This document shows, piece by piece, positions 63,588 through 64,000 of a stretch of 64,000 bases of DNA. The notes beneath the pieces are model-generated. The model was given only the letters and a program-made list of their open reading frames with translations. It did no database searches and was not told the origin of the DNA. The translations under genes and the position numbers were made by a program. The first letter of the stretch is position 1. Each line of letters starts with the position of its first letter. Source of the stretch: Actinomycetota bacterium. Its GTDB lineage: Bacteria > Actinomycetota > UBA4738 > JACQTL01. The stretch spans positions 128,846-192,845 of the forward strand of contig JBJMLO010000008.1 in NCBI GenBank assembly GCA_045805265.1. The letters are read 5' to 3'.

Positions 63588-64000
63588 TCATCGTGGCGGC
63601 GCCAGCGTCCGGAGGTCCACGCCCTCGTCGGCCAGCACCTCCGGTTCGGGTCGCACGGCCGCCCTGATCAGCGGCATCGAGCGCCGGACGTCGCGGGGCC
63701 GGTTCACGCTGAGCACCGAGCGGAGGACGCCGGAGGATAGATAGAACGCCGTGAACGAGCGGTCCTCCAGCGAGCCGCGGAACACCAGCCGGTCCCAGCT
63801 CGGCGCGAACCCGGCCATCTGCAGGTTCATCTCGTACTGGTCCGACCAGAACCAGTGGGGATCGTCGAAGGGCCTACCGGCGCCCAGCATGTTCCGCGCG
63901 GCCGCCGGGCCCATCTTCAGCGCGTTGTCGAAGTGCTCGATGCGGACGGGACCGAACACCGGGTGATCGTGCCGCGCCACGTCCCCCACCGCCCACACGC
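63588..64000 (-). CDS. FAD-dependent ferredoxin reductase-like oxidoreductase, C-terminal part (5' end outside the window)
   Basis: WAVGDVA..RIEHFDNA..AARNMLG..PHWFWSDQY. Confidence 0.88.
   Translation of the reverse strand, partial: VWAVGDVARHDHPVFGPVRIEHFDNALKMGPAAARNMLGAGRPFDDPHWFWSDQYEMNLQMAGFAPSWDRLVFRGSLEDRSFTAFYLSSGVLRSVLSVNRPRDVRRSMPLIRAAVRPEPEVLADEGVDLRTLAPPR

Overview
Very GC-rich bacterial chromosomal DNA, probably from an actinobacterium (inferred from GC content, the gltX-FAH-ilvE-serA neighbourhood and SigB/SigF-type promoters). The main candidate for an undescribed system is at 1-9.5 kb on the minus strand. A sigma-54 (rpoN) gene carries its own near-perfect -24/-12 promoter, and a second -24/-12 site precedes a tightly coupled operon. 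That operon encodes two paralogous proteins with acidic (G)GEFE-repeat N-termini, amphipathic cores and a shared C-terminal motif; an M48-like HExxH metallopeptidase split by a 4-nt insertion; a coiled-coil protein; a 507-aa unknown protein; a non-canonical AONS-family PLP enzyme; and an amidohydrolase that runs off the window edge. The rest of the window holds secreted proteins, an ArsR-SRPBCC pair, a CDF transporter, an ABC exporter with four tandem FtsX/MacB-type permeases plus a sensor kinase, and a Liv-type ABC importer operon. tRNA-Glu(CTC) is followed by a decayed island with an integrase remnant, a beta-repeat protein and a STAND-LuxR regulator. A probable general-stress region follows (two nucleotidyltransferases, BON, metallophosphoesterase, Crp, two XRE proteins, CheB/CheB/CheR, SDR), then housekeeping genes (gltX, ilvE, serA, a class V aminotransferase). 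All calls come from reading motifs by eye; no database searches were run.
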